Made by a program: the position numbers and the translations under genes. From positions 992,001 to 1,056,000 of the forward strand of contig CAVTTL010000001.1 of NCBI GenBank assembly GCA_963737635.1: a DNA stretch of 64,000 bases, read 5' to 3'. Under the pieces are notes generated by a model. The model searched no databases. It saw nothing but the letters and a program-made list of their open reading frames with translations, and was not told the DNA's origin. Position 1 is the stretch's first letter. Each line of letters starts with the position of its first letter. Of the stretch, positions 21,256 through 33,205 are shown in pieces. The stretch comes from an uncultured Methanoregulaceae archaeon. GTDB taxonomy: Archaea > Halobacteriota > Methanomicrobia > Methanomicrobiales > Methanospirillaceae.

Positions 21256-22503
21256 TTACCCCAATTTTTCAAGGAGTTTAATTCCTCGGCGATCCCGTAA
21301 TGCCAACCCTTGTTCAACGAGTTCGTTAAGGGCATGCTTAAAATCAACATCGTTCTTGAGTGAAGTAATCGTAATAACCTCCTGCGTCGGAATCCAATAC
21401 TCTTTTCCATATGCTTCATAGAGTTCTGTGTAGAGTTTTTTCGCATTATCAGAAAGCCGGTCGTAATATTTTGAAACCAACAAAGAATCCCCCATTCTGT
21501 ATTTTGCTTTTCGGTGCATTTCTCTCCACAAATCCAATACTTCATTGACGTGTTTTACTGTGGTTTCAAGCGCTAGATTAAGACGGGTTATTGCTGCCGA
21601 AAGAGTCGGAATTGCATCTCCAAGATTTTGCCTATAGGGTACAATGCCGGATCTCCGGTACTCATCAGAAATCGCATAAACTGCATCTGTCACTGCTTTT
21701 TCCACACTTTTTAATGGATCAGGTTTGAGCATAAGGGAATCAAGAAGATAAGCTGTGGCGAATTTTTGATTGTCTTTAAGATCCTGTTTCAGGATTCCTA
21801 CATTTCCTTTGATTGATACGTCATCAAGAACGATTGGGATATCCGCCATCATTTTTTCCGGGCGTAAGTACGCAAGATTTACTTCCTCACTCTGAAGCGG
21901 GGGGAGGATTTTCTCTTTTTCAGAAAGACAATAGTAATGTTTTGAAGTTTGTCGGAAAAACTCCAGGGGAATTATTTTCATCGTTTTTTTGAAGTTGTCC
22001 CACATACTTTTTTTGGAAAGAACTGCCGCATTCACACCCCCAAAAGTATCTGAAATTGGTGGAGATGAAAAAGTATACAATGCAGAACATGTAGCGATCC
22101 TTTCGGTAATATCATCTTTTCCTCGGTATGTTTGAGCGAAATAATTTATAATTTGGTCCCGGTCGATCAATTTTTTTCTTCTGAGGATCGGTTGATAATC
22201 AAAGGGTTTCCATCCTGAAACCCTCTTTAAAACATTTTTGTACCAACCATCCCAATTTTGTTGATATACAACATCTTCCGAACTGACTTCAACTTCAACG
22301 CACACATTATTGGACGGGGGGTCGCAGGCTTCAGCGAAATAATGCAAGTGTTTTGAAGCCTTGAAACATGGGGAAGGATTAAGTGAGAATAATCTGCCAT
22401 CACCGGAAATATATTCAACAAATCCGGTATTAGGTCTATGAAAAATGAATTCCTTCTCGAATTCTGCAAATTCATATCCTCTTGACCGATCTTGTAAGGA
22501 CAT
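21256..22503 (-). CDS. Hypothetical protein, probable degenerate MCM-like protein with C-terminal winged helix
   Basis: 415-aa AT-rich ORF with segments resembling the MCM AAA+ core, lid and winged helix, but no Walker A. Confidence 0.55.
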   Translation of the reverse strand: [415 protein letters not shown]

Positions 22504-23054
22504 TCGAACCGAATTCTCCTGATATTTCGCTCCTATGCTTGCTCCTAGCTCATGAATGTCATAATCTTTATCATAAGAGTTTTGAAATTACTTTTTAAAA
22601 AAGGGATTTTGTACCAATTAGGAGGATCCAGTATGTCTACAATATCCACATATTAGAAAATCATGGGACTTCAATGTGAATCCTGTGGAAAAACATCCGA
22701 AGAGGAAGAGGCCGTTTTTTGCAAATATCGTGGATTCAGATATGAGAGATCCGAACTTGGGCTCTGTAGAAATCATTTTTCCGAGGAAAGATCTGACCTG
22801 ATGGACCAAAAGATCTAAGGTACAGTGCCTCCTTATTTTGTTATGTTCAGTAACCGTAAGGAGGCAGAATAGTGTCAGCAAACCGGTATATCAGGTTTGT
22901 TGAATTATCATCCGGATTGATCCTCTACAACATCTCGAAAATTATTCTCGCGATCTTATCTAGATCTGTTACTGAGGAATTCTACAGAGCCCGAACTTGA
23001 TGTGTTAAAAACATTCATAATTTCCTGAAAGAGAACCAGAAAAAAACAGAAAAA

Positions 23055-23447
23055 TTACTCCACCGGCACAAACTTCGTGCCGTAGTGGATGATGCCGCTC
23101 TCGCCATCGGTGGCGATCTTGCGGAAAACACTCTTCACTTTCATTCCGATCTTCGCCTTCTCGGGATTGCATACGATCTGCGTCGTGATCTGCGGCCCCT
23201 CATCGAGCTTGACGATCGCGAGCACATATGGTGTCAGCATCGAGTACTGCTCGGCTGCCGTGTGGATCACGGTGAACGTGACGACCGTGCCGGAACCTGA
23301 GAACTTGTGATCGACAATTTTTCCTGCCCGGCGGCAATCGGGGCAGAAGGTCCGGGGCGGGAAGAAGTGCCTGCCGCATGTCTCGCATTTTGTTCCCACC
23401 ATGTTGTACCGTTGGGGAAGATGTCTCCAGAACCGTGCTACCGTCAT
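23055..23447 (-). CDS. DUF35 (Zn-ribbon + OB-fold) scaffold of the thiolase/HMGS complex
   Basis: CETCGRHFFPPRTFCPDC, YGTKF; directly downstream of the thiolase. Confidence 0.9.
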   Translation of the reverse strand: MTVARFWRHLPQRYNMVGTKCETCGRHFFPPRTFCPDCRRAGKIVDHKFSGSGTVVTFTVIHTAAEQYSMLTPYVLAIVKLDEGPQITTQIVCNPEKAKIGMKVKSVFRKIATDGESGIIHYGTKFVPVE

Positions 23448-23448
23448 C

Positions 23449-24615
23449 TTATACCCTCCCGAGGATGTGAACCGCAACCGTCGCGCCGGTCCCGCCCACG
23501 TTGTGCGTCATGCCGATCTTTGCACATTCGATCTGGCGCCTGCCAGCCTCGCCGCGGAGCTGCTGGACGATCTCGTACACCTGCTTGATGCCGGTTGCTC
23601 CGACCGGATGGCCGCAGGCCTTGAGCCCACCGCTCGTGTTAACGGGGATCTTCCCGCCAAGAGTGGTTTCGCCGTCTGCGGTGAACTTGCCGGCCTCGCC
23701 TTTCTTGCAGAAGCCGAGATCCTCGATGGCGCAGATCTCCGCGATCGAGAAGCAGTCGTGCACTTCGACCATGTTGATGTCCTTATGCGAAAGGTGCGCC
23801 ATCTTGAACGCACGCTGGCTGGCGGCAACCGTAGCATCGAGCGTCGAGATATCGCGCCGGTCATGCAGCGCGATCGTGTCGCTCGCCTGCGCACTTGCAA
23901 GCACCTTAATGGGTGTATCCGTGAACTCGCGGGCCCGGTCGAACGGCGCCACGATCACCGCGGCTGCCCCGTCGGTCACGGGCGAGCAGTCAAAGAGCCG
24001 CAGCGGCTCTGCGACCATTGTCGATTTCATTACGGTGTCAAGCGTAATCTCGCTCTGGAACTGTGCGATGGGGTTCCGGGCACCGTTGAAGTGGTTCTTT
24101 ACCGCAACCTGCGCCAGCTGCTCGCGGGTCAGCGAGTACTTGTGCATGTAGTCGTTTGCGATCATAGCGTACAGGCCCGGGAACGTTGCACCCATGAAGC
24201 CTTCCCACTCACGGTCGGCCGCGCCGGTCAGCGTATCGGTACTCTCGTCTGATCCAACATCGGTCATCTTCTCGACGCCGGCTGCGACCACGATGTCCTC
24301 CATCCCGCTTGCGACCGCGATAACTGCCTGCCGGAACGCAAGTCCTCCCGATGCGCATGCCGCCTCGACACGGGTCGAGGGGATGTGCCGGGTCGCCATG
24401 CCGGCGTAGTCAGCGATCAGGGCACCGATGTGCTCCTGCCCGATGAACCGGCCTGCACTCATGTTCCCGACGTACATCGCGTCGATCTTCTCGCCCGAGA
24501 GCTGTGCGTCCTCGAGCGCAAGCGCCCCTGCCTCGACAAAGATGTCACGGAACGAGCTCTCCCACTTCTCGCCGAACTTCGTGCACCCGATCCCGATAAC
24601 TGCTACGTCTCTCAT
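23449..24615 (-). CDS. Acetoacetyl-CoA thiolase (archaeal)
   Basis: [28 protein letters not shown]. Confidence 0.93.
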   Translation of the reverse strand: MRDVAVIGIGCTKFGEKWESSFRDIFVEAGALALEDAQLSGEKIDAMYVGNMSAGRFIGQEHIGALIADYAGMATRHIPSTRVEAACASGGLAFRQAVIAVASGMEDIVVAAGVEKMTDVGSDESTDTLTGAADREWEGFMGATFPGLYAMIANDYMHKYSLTREQLAQVAVKNHFNGARNPIAQFQSEITLDTVMKSTMVAEPLRLFDCSPVTDGAAAVIVAPFDRAREFTDTPIKVLASAQASDTIALHDRRDISTLDATVAASQRAFKMAHLSHKDINMVEVHDCFSIAEICAIEDLGFCKKGEAGKFTADGETTLGGKIPVNTSGGLKACGHPVGATGIKQVYEIVQQLRGEAGRRQIECAKIGMTHNVGGTGATVAVHILGRV

Positions 24616-25664
24616 GATTGCATCACGATCTTTCCCTTGTGTTTTGCGTACCGCGCATAGTCCAGGTAGATGGGGTCTTTGAGGAGTTGTTGCACCGAGG
24701 GTGCCGCATCGCGGCGGAAATCGCCAGAAGTGATCGCGTCAGTGACGGTAATGTCAAACGCGTCGCTGCCGGCACCGGAGCCGAAAGAGCACACGAAGAT
24801 CCGGTCGCCCGGCTTTGCAATGTCCAGTGTTGCTGCAAGACCGATAGGAGATGCGCCCGAGTATGTGTTCCCGAGCCGGGGAACAACAAGACCGGGAGTG
24901 ATCTGCTGGGTGGAAAAACCAAGATCCTTTGCCACCTTCTGCGGGAACTTCGCGTTGGGTTGGTGGAAGACCGCATAGGTGTAGTCCTTTGCGGTTGTGT
25001 GCATCTGCTCAAGGAGCAGCCGGCTTGCACCCTTCACGTGCTTGAAGTACCCGGGGTCTCCCGTGAACCTGCCGCCGTGGCGGGGGTAATCCTGCCCCTC
25101 ACGTCGCCAGAAATCCGGTGTGTCTGTGGTAAACGAGCAGGTATGGTTGATCACTGCGATAGGGTCATCGTTTCCGATCACGTACGCCGCACCGCCGGCT
25201 GCTGCCGTGTATTCGAGGGCATCGCTGGGCGCACCTTGCGAGACATCGGCACCAATGGCAAGCCCGTACGGGATCATGTTGCTTTTTACCATACCCATGC
25301 ATGTCTGGATCGCAGCCGTTCCCGCTTTGCAGGCAAACTCGTAGTCGGCCGCAGTCATGTACGGGGTTGCGCCTATCGCTTCCCCGACCGTGCAGGCAGT
25401 CGGCTTGACCGCGTACGGGTGCGACTCGCTGCCCACGTACACGGCGCCGATCTTTTCGGAATCGACGATCCTGCGTCTCAGGGCGTTTCGTGCTGCTTCA
25501 ACCGCAATTGTTGCGGTGTCCTCATCAAGATCAGGGACAGACTTTTCAAACACGCCTAGTCCTCCCGTGATATCTGCAGCGTTTGCGCCCCAGACACGGG
25601 TGATCTCTTCAACTTTGATCCGGTATTTCGGTATATATGCACCGTAAGTAATGATGCCTACCAT
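24612..25664 (-). CDS. Hydroxymethylglutaryl-CoA synthase
   Basis: [42 protein letters not shown]. Confidence 0.93.
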   Translation of the reverse strand: MVGIITYGAYIPKYRIKVEEITRVWGANAADITGGLGVFEKSVPDLDEDTATIAVEAARNALRRRIVDSEKIGAVYVGSESHPYAVKPTACTVGEAIGATPYMTAADYEFACKAGTAAIQTCMGMVKSNMIPYGLAIGADVSQGAPSDALEYTAAAGGAAYVIGNDDPIAVINHTCSFTTDTPDFWRREGQDYPRHGGRFTGDPGYFKHVKGASRLLLEQMHTTAKDYTYAVFHQPNAKFPQKVAKDLGFSTQQITPGLVVPRLGNTYSGASPIGLAATLDIAKPGDRIFVCSFGSGAGSDAFDITVTDAITSGDFRRDAAPSVQQLLKDPIYLDYARYAKHKGKIVMQS

Positions 25665-26369
25665 TCTTTCTCCCTCAGTGTACTCACGATCTTGTCTATT
25701 TCCATCTCTGTACAGAACACCGTGATGTGGTCCCGTTCCGCCATCTTTGCGACAAACGGGTGGACGTTCTCCGCGTCGATCCCCTGTAGGATAACGCACC
25801 GCGGCTTAAACGGTGTGACCCGGATTGCCACCATTGGCGACTTGCCGGTCGAAACGCTGGTGAAGATGAGCGCCCGTTCGGTACTCCAGCCGTAAATGCG
25901 GTTGAACTCCTCAGGCAGAGAGCTGGAGGATCGCATTGAGGCTGTCGACCACCGTATAGCCGAAAATGGTCTTGTCCGTGGGCCCGCACAGCAGGGTGCA
26001 CCCGATAGTCCCGATAAATTCACTGAGAGCGACCGCGTTCGTGTACTCGTGGATATCGAGGATCACATCATCATCGACGCCTGAAAAGAGCATGGAGGAA
26101 AATTTGTGAATGTGTTTGCCGTCGCTCTCCTCATCGATAGAAAGGAGGGTGTCGACGATCTTGCCGACCACGGCAGTTCCGGGGCTTTTTCTTCTTCCGC
26201 TCTCGTAATCGCTGATCACGGAGGGGGAGACGCCCAGACGGTCTGAGAGAACGCCTGGCGCGATCTCGAAGTTCTGGCGCCATTTTCTCAGCGCAAGCCC
26301 CGGTGAGTCCGACAGCGTAATCTCGCCCGCCATCTTCTCAGCAAGCTGGTTGCGCAATACGGATTTCAT
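25658..26369 (-). CDS. Archaeal XRE-type HTH transcriptional regulator (COG1709-like); frameshift near 25915
   Basis: [28 protein letters not shown], then [14 protein letters not shown] in the next frame. Confidence 0.8.
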
Positions 26370-26502
26370 GCTCAGTGAAGTTGACCCTGACAGTTAAATA
26401 ATTAACGAACGTTCGTTCGACAACGAACGAAACATAGTGATATCCGACGACCGATGGAATGAAGGCAATCCATAAATAGTAAGCATCTCAATTTTGATAA
26501 AC

Positions 26503-27172
26503 ATGGTGCTGGCCGAAGACCTCGAATGCCTCAAGGTGATCGCCCTGATGGGCGGATGCCGTGGGCCGGTTTTTGTCTCGTCGCAGACGCTCGCGGACGC
26601 CCTTTTCGCAAGCCCGCAGACGGCGTCACGTCGGCTCAAAGCGCTCGAAAGCCAGCGGCTGATCACCCGGACCCTGAACCCGGATGGCCAGCATATCACT
26701 GTTACTAAAGAAGGCGAGGACGAGCTCAGGCGCGAGTACGCGGAGTACTGCCGCCTTTTTGCCCACGAGGGAGGTCATTATACCCTGTCGGGTGTGGTGG
26801 TCAGCGGGCTTGGCGAGGGCCGGTATTACATGAGCCTTGAAGGCGTACAAGAAGCAGTTCCTCCGGCATCTTGGTTTTGAACCGTATCCCGGGACGCTTA
26901 ACCTCCGCCTCGCTGGATCAGATATCCCGACCCGGAAGAAGATCGAAGCAATGACCTGGATACCCATCCAGGGTTTCTCCGCCGAGGGCCGGACGTTTGG
27001 CGGGGTCCGGTGCCTGCCCTGCCGGATCAATGATATTGCCTGTGGGATCGTTGTACCCGGACGGAGCCATTATCCTGAGGATATCATCGAAGTTATCGCG
27101 CCGGTCGGGCTCCGTGATGCTCTGGGTGTAAAAGAGAGTGACCGGGTGAATGTTGAGGTGGCATATGATTGA
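26503..27172 (+). CDS. ribK: CTP-dependent riboflavin kinase with N-terminal wHTH; frameshift near 26842
   Basis: SPQTASRRL HTH; VVSGLGEGRYY, LGFEPYPGTLN, IIEVIAPVGLR. Confidence 0.9.
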
Positions 27173-27842
27173 CGATGCGATTACTGCTCTTCGTGACGGA
27201 AAGTTTATCCTGCTATACGATTTCGATGACCGCGAGGGTGAGACGGATTTTGCGATCAGGTCGGATGCGGTGACCCCCCGCCATATTTTCCAGATGCGAA
27301 AGGATGGCGGTGGGCTAATCTGTACAGCCGTCGATCCGGTTGCTGCTGAAAGGCTCGGCCTGCCATTTGCAAGCGAAGCGCTCCGGGGCATGGAGGTGGC
27401 CGAGCGGCAGGGCGATATTCCGTACGACCGCAAAAACCATTCCTCATTCTCGCTCTGGGTCAACCACAAGAATACGTTCACCGGCATCACGGATCGGGAC
27501 AGGGCGCTCACGATTACCGCGGTTGCCGAGCAGGTGAAAAAGTCGCTGAACGGTGGTGGGGCGCATTTCAGCCAGTTTTTCCGCACCCCGGGCCACTGCG
27601 CCCTTCTGCGCGCGGCCGATAACCTGCTCGACCAGAGACGCGGCCAGACCGAACTCTCGGTGGCAATTGCCCGAATGGCCAGCGTCACACCGTCGATTAC
27701 CATCTGCGAGATGCTGGATGACGAATCCGGATATGCGCTTACTAAGGCCGGTGCAAAGGCCTATGCAAAGATGCATGGACTGGTCTTTGTTGAAGGCCGC
27801 GAAGTGCTGGATCGATGGGAAGCGGAGAAGAACCGGAAATAA
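27165..27842 (+). CDS. ribB: 3,4-dihydroxy-2-butanone 4-phosphate synthase
   Basis: DDREGETD, GGGLIC, FTGITDRDR, RRGQTE, ICEML. Confidence 0.92.
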   Translation: MIDDAITALRDGKFILLYDFDDREGETDFAIRSDAVTPRHIFQMRKDGGGLICTAVDPVAAERLGLPFASEALRGMEVAERQGDIPYDRKNHSSFSLWVNHKNTFTGITDRDRALTITAVAEQVKKSLNGGGAHFSQFFRTPGHCALLRAADNLLDQRRGQTELSVAIARMASVTPSITICEMLDDESGYALTKAGAKAYAKMHGLVFVEGREVLDRWEAEKNRK

Positions 27843-27967
27843 TCCACAAGGCCACGATTTTTTTACGAATTTCTGACGCCAATACAACACCACAGTCCAG
27901 GAAAACGGGAGGGGTACCTCAATCTAATGGAATAAATTTTTTCGAGAATGTGAAAATATAAAAACGT

Positions 27968-28273
27968 TCAGCCTTTTTCTGGTAAAATGAGATTTTTGCC
28001 TAGGATACGATAAATCACCGGTTCAGCGGTGGGCATATCAGCGGGTTCGTACCAAATTTCGATCACGTTCTCTCCGAGAACCGCACGCATGTTCAGGTTG
28101 GGTTTGCGCACCAACGTGAAGAGCGGTTTTGGGAGAAACCTTAGGAGATTCACGGTTCCAAACGCTGCTAGACAACAGGCAGTTTCCTCGGTAAAGGGCT
28201 CTGAAAGCAGGTACACTTTTTTGATCCTGCCGTCAGCGCAGTGCTTGAGTGCCCGTTCAGCGACAATGGGCAT
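27968..28273 (-). CDS. Small hypothetical protein coupled to the class V aminotransferase
   Basis: Overlaps the upstream gene's stop; single conserved-looking KHCADG motif. Confidence 0.55.
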   Translation of the reverse strand: MPIVAERALKHCADGRIKKVYLLSEPFTEETACCLAAFGTVNLLRFLPKPLFTLVRKPNLNMRAVLGENVIEIWYEPADMPTAEPVIYRILGKNLILPEKG

Positions 28274-29414
28274 TTTCTGCCACCTCACAGATGTATTCTG
28301 CGGCCCGTATGCAGTCTTCTTGTGGAGTAAGTATGGACGGGCTTATTCGGATACAGCCGCGACCGGCGTCAATTTTTTCATGGATCAAAGGTGCACAGTG
28401 CAGACCGGTCCGGGTGATAATCCCGTACATGTTCCGGAGAATAAATCCCGCGTCCTCGTTCCCGAGGTCTCGCATATTAAAGGATATAACCGGGAGCTCA
28501 GGGACTGTATTGTATACCTCGATAGAATCAGTTTTGCAAAATTTTTGTAAAAATAATGCGTTCAGCGCATTGGTGCTCCGGGTAATGGCCCCAGCCCCGG
28601 TCTGCCCAAGAAATGTTATCCCTGCCATAAGCGAGATGAGACCGGGATAATTGTAGGTTCCGGCCTCAAATTTCTCCGGCATGCTCTCCGGCTGGAATGG
28701 GAACCGGGAATCCGTCCCGGTACCCCCTTGCCGGGTCGCGGCAACTCTTGCGGGGTCGCGGATATAAAAGCCACCTGTACCAGGAAAGCCGAAGAGGTAT
28801 TTATGGCCGGTGAAAACAAATGCGTCGACCGGTTCGCGTGTGATATCGAGAGGAATTAATCCGGCAGTCTGGGCTCCGTCGACAACAAAAAATATTTCCC
28901 GCTCCTGCAGGAGCTTCCCTATCGCGGTAATATCCTGCACCGATCCAAGGACATTTGAACCATGTGTCATGACTACAAGCCGGGTATCCTCCATGACTGC
29001 ATCAGATACTGCGGACGGTGCGATATGCGTTCCCGTGCAGGGAACAACAGTGATGTGGCACCGCCCTTCCGCTTCAAGGGTACGAAGTGGCCGGATCACG
29101 GAATTGTGATCCAGCTCCGTCATTATCACATGGAATGGATCGGCCTGCCTCTTTGCGAATCCCTGAATCAGCATATTGAGGGCGTCTGTCGCATTCGCGC
29201 AGAATACCAGAGAATCCGTTTCTGGCGCATGAAAATACCGGGCCACTGTCGTCCGTGCTTCGGAGACGCAGTCCGAAGAAAGTCTGCCTGCGGAACGACC
29301 CGCTTCTGAAAACGGCTGGGTTAGCGCTTCGTTCACCGCAGCGGGGACACCTGGCGGTTTCGGCCAGCTCGTCGCCGCGTTGTTAAGGTAAATGAGTGGA
29401 AGATCTTCGTTCAT
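28257..29414 (-). CDS. Class V PLP aminotransferase / cysteine desulfurase-like (group II)
   Basis: YLNNAATSWPKP, DGAQTAG, FTGHK (PLP Lys), RTGLHCAP (persulfide Cys). Confidence 0.88.
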   Translation of the reverse strand: MNEDLPLIYLNNAATSWPKPPGVPAAVNEALTQPFSEAGRSAGRLSSDCVSEARTTVARYFHAPETDSLVFCANATDALNMLIQGFAKRQADPFHVIMTELDHNSVIRPLRTLEAEGRCHITVVPCTGTHIAPSAVSDAVMEDTRLVVMTHGSNVLGSVQDITAIGKLLQEREIFFVVDGAQTAGLIPLDITREPVDAFVFTGHKYLFGFPGTGGFYIRDPARVAATRQGGTGTDSRFPFQPESMPEKFEAGTYNYPGLISLMAGITFLGQTGAGAITRSTNALNALFLQKFCKTDSIEVYNTVPELPVISFNMRDLGNEDAGFILRNMYGIITRTGLHCAPLIHEKIDAGRGCIRISPSILTPQEDCIRAAEYICEVAENAHCR

Positions 29415-29529
29415 GCTGACTGTAAGTAATAATCTTATAAAGTATTTCTCCGGCAGCAAGATAGAAGGAATGTTCCTACTATCAAATATAAATATTTGTA
29501 ATAACAACAGTGATCTGAAGAAAGGAGGA

Positions 29530-29637
29530 ATGATGCAAAAGACACTGGATACTTCGGAGGCCTCCCCGGCACACCGGGAGTCGCCTGCCATGCGGCGGCT
29601 GTGGGCCGTATCGCGTAAACTGACGCTGCCTATCTAA
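29530..29637 (+). CDS. Putative 35-aa upstream ORF in the nifH leader
   Basis: AAAGGAGGA RBS before ATGATG; MMQKTLDTSEASPAHRESPAMRRLWAVSRKLTLPI*; TATA-like TATAAATA near 29487. Confidence 0.35.
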   Translation: MMQKTLDTSEASPAHRESPAMRRLWAVSRKLTLPI

Positions 29638-29762
29638 TCTTGGGCGGAATGACGAAGGGCTTGTGCGCATGATACGGGGCCGCAGAAGCGCGTGTTTTGC
29701 ACCCCATCACCGGCGTATGAAGTTGGCAGTCCCGAACCAAGAGGTGGATACGGTAGTGGTAA

Positions 29763-30758
<996 letters not shown>

Positions 30759-30808
30759 CGTGCGGTAAACTGCATTTCGGATTGACAAAAAAAGGCGGAC
30801 GTGAGGTA

Positions 30809-31135
30809 ATGTTACTGATACGTGCAATTGTGCGACCGGAGAAGAAAGATGACGTGCTTGAGGAACTTTCTTCTGCTGGATTTAATGCAGCAACGATGGT
30901 TGATGTCGTGGGCCGCGGCAAACAGAAAGGGATTAAAATCGGTGGCTTGGTCTACGATGAGATCCCGAAGATCCTGATCCTTGTGGCTATCCAGGACGCG
31001 GACAAGGACCAGGTCATCAAAACCATTCTCAAGACTGCAAAGACTGGCAGTGAAGGGACGTTTGGCGATGGAAAGATCTTCGTTTCCCCCATCGAAGAAG
31101 TCTACACCATCTCGAAAAGTATCCAAGAGCTTTAG
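30809..31135 (+). CDS. nifI1: PII-family nitrogenase regulator NifI1
   Basis: GRGKQKG...YDEIPK...GDGKIF; lies between nifH and nifD. Confidence 0.93.
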   Translation: MLLIRAIVRPEKKDDVLEELSSAGFNAATMVDVVGRGKQKGIKIGGLVYDEIPKILILVAIQDADKDQVIKTILKTAKTGSEGTFGDGKIFVSPIEEVYTISKSIQEL

Positions 31136-31146
31136 GTGGGACTGCT

Positions 31147-31566
31147 ATGAAAGAGATTATGGCAGTAATCCGGATGAGGAGAACCGGCGCCACGAAAAAA
31201 GCGCTTATTGAGGCTGGTGTAGCCGGGTTTACGGCAGTAAAAGTATCCGGCAGAGGCAGGCTCGTCACCGATCCAGCGCAGATAGAGGAGTGCAAAATGA
31301 AACTCCTGTCGATGGGCGTCAATGATTTTGGCGGGGCGGAGGATACCGAAAAACTGGTAACGAGTTTCCTCGATGGTTCGAGGTTTTTTCCCCGCAGGCT
31401 TTTCACGATCCTTGCGCATGATGAGGATGTGCCCCGGATTATGGACGCAATAACACGTGCGAACAAAACCGAGTACGGCATCGGTGATGGCGTCATCTTC
31501 GTTATGCCTATCCTTGATGCAGTTCGTGTTCGCACCGGTGAATCGGGTGAGGCAGCGATTTGGTGA
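31147..31566 (+). CDS. nifI2: PII-family nitrogenase regulator NifI2
   Basis: MKEIMAVIRM, long T-loop, GDGVIF, VRTGESG. Confidence 0.92.
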   Translation: MKEIMAVIRMRRTGATKKALIEAGVAGFTAVKVSGRGRLVTDPAQIEECKMKLLSMGVNDFGGAEDTEKLVTSFLDGSRFFPRRLFTILAHDEDVPRIMDAITRANKTEYGIGDGVIFVMPILDAVRVRTGESGEAAIW

Positions 31567-31579
31567 GGAGACATCAGAT

Positions 31580-33205
31580 ATGGCAGACACTGAAGGTACA
31601 ATCGAAGAAATGATGATGCCGTACCCGGACACGGTAAAGAAAAACCGGAAGAAGCACCTCATTATCAAGGATGAGGAGGCTGCGTGTTGTCCCCAGATCG
31701 AAGCGAACACAAGAACCATTCCCGGCATCATATCACAACGCGGTTGTGCGTACGCTGGTTGCAAAGGTGTGGTTGTCGGGCCGATCAAAGACATGGTAAC
31801 TATCACCCACGGACCGGTCGGCTGCGGGTATTACAGCTGGGGCACACGCCGGAACAAGGCACGGGCTGACGACACAACCCCCAAGGACAAAATATACAGC
31901 CAGCTATGCTTCACCACCGACATGCAGGAGCCGGATATCGTCTTTGGCGGCGAAAAGAAACTTGCACGGATGATAGATGAGGTTGTCGCTGCATTCCACC
32001 CGCGTGCAATCAATATCTGCGCAACGTGCCCGGTGGGTCTCATCGGTGACGATTTAGGTGCGGTTGCAAAAGCGGCAGAAGAGCGGCATGGCATCCAGGT
32101 GCTTGCGTATAATTGCGAGGGATACAAAGGTGTCAGCCAGTCGGCAGGGCACCACATTGCAAACAACAATGTGATGGAGAAAATTGTCGGCAAAGGAACA
32201 GAGCGAAAGCCCGGTAGGTTCGTCATCAATCTCCTTGGCGAGTACAATATCGGCGGCGACGGGTGGGAGCTTGAGCGGATCCTTAAGGAGATCGGCTATA
32301 CCGTTAACTGTATCCTCACCGGGGATTCAAGTTATCTCGATATAAAAAATCTGCATCTCGCGGACTTAAACCTCGTCCAGTGCCATCGGTCGATAAACTA
32401 TATCGCCGAGATGATGGAGGCAAAATACGGTACGCCATGGCTGAAGGTCAACTTCATTGGCATTGACGCGACGAACCAGTCGCTCCGTCAGCTCGCCCGA
32501 TGTTTTGATGACCCAGATCTCGCCCGAAAGACCGAGGAGATTATTGAGCGGGAGACTGCCCGGGTTACCCCCATACTCGACCAGTACCGGAAGGTGTTGC
32601 AGGGCAAGACCGCCTTTGCAATTGTCGGCGGCTCCCGGAGTCACCACTATCAGTACCTCCTCCGTGACCTTGGTATGGAGATGATCATCGCCGGTTACGA
32701 GTTTGCCCACCGGGACGACTACGAAGGCCGGCAGGTAATCCCTACCATCAAGACCGATGCGGATAGTAAGAACATTCCCGAACTTCACCTCATCCCCGAT
32801 GAAAAAATGTACAAGGAACCGCACGTCCACCTGAACCTGTCAAAAAAGAAGTTTGACGAACTAAACGCCGAAGTCCCGCTCAACTACTATGAGGGCATCT
32901 ATCCGAACATGAAGAACGGGCATATTATCATCGATGATGCAAACCATCACGAGGTTGAGGTCCTGATACAGACCGCAAAACCCGACCTCTTCCTTTCCGG
33001 GGTCAGGGACAAGTATATCGTCCACAAGATGGGGGTTGCCTCAAAACAACTTCATGCCTATGACTACAGCGGCCCGTACGCGGGATACAACGGTGCGATC
33101 ACCTTTGCCCGTGATGTCGCAAAAGCTCTCACGACCCCTGCATGGAAACTGATCACCCCTCCATGGGAGAAAGAAAAAGAAACACGGAGTGAGTCTCATG
33201 CTTGA
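31580..33205 (+). CDS. nifD: Mo-nitrogenase alpha chain (group II type with ~50-aa insert)
   Basis: RGCAYAG, GPVGC, GVSQSAGHH, VQCHRS, YEFAH, QLHAYDY. Confidence 0.96.
   Translation: MADTEGTIEEMMMPYPDTVKKNRKKHLIIKDEEAACCPQIEANTRTIPGIISQRGCAYAGCKGVVVGPIKDMVTITHGPVGCGYYSWGTRRNKARADDTTPKDKIYSQLCFTTDMQEPDIVFGGEKKLARMIDEVVAAFHPRAINICATCPVGLIGDDLGAVAKAAEERHGIQVLAYNCEGYKGVSQSAGHHIANNNVMEKIVGKGTERKPGRFVINLLGEYNIGGDGWELERILKEIGYTVNCILTGDSSYLDIKNLHLADLNLVQCHRSINYIAEMMEAKYGTPWLKVNFIGIDATNQSLRQLARCFDDPDLARKTEEIIERETARVTPILDQYRKVLQGKTAFAIVGGSRSHHYQYLLRDLGMEMIIAGYEFAHRDDYEGRQVIPTIKTDADSKNIPELHLIPDEKMYKEPHVHLNLSKKKFDELNAEVPLNYYEGIYPNMKNGHIIIDDANHHEVEVLIQTAKPDLFLSGVRDKYIVHKMGVASKQLHAYDYSGPYAGYNGAITFARDVAKALTTPAWKLITPPWEKEKETRSESHA

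Noticed and set aside
22504-23054. 550-nt AT-rich gap with several GATC-containing hexamers and an 87-aa ORF
   Set aside because: No regular spacing, convincing RNA structure or protein-like ORF; no function can be supported.
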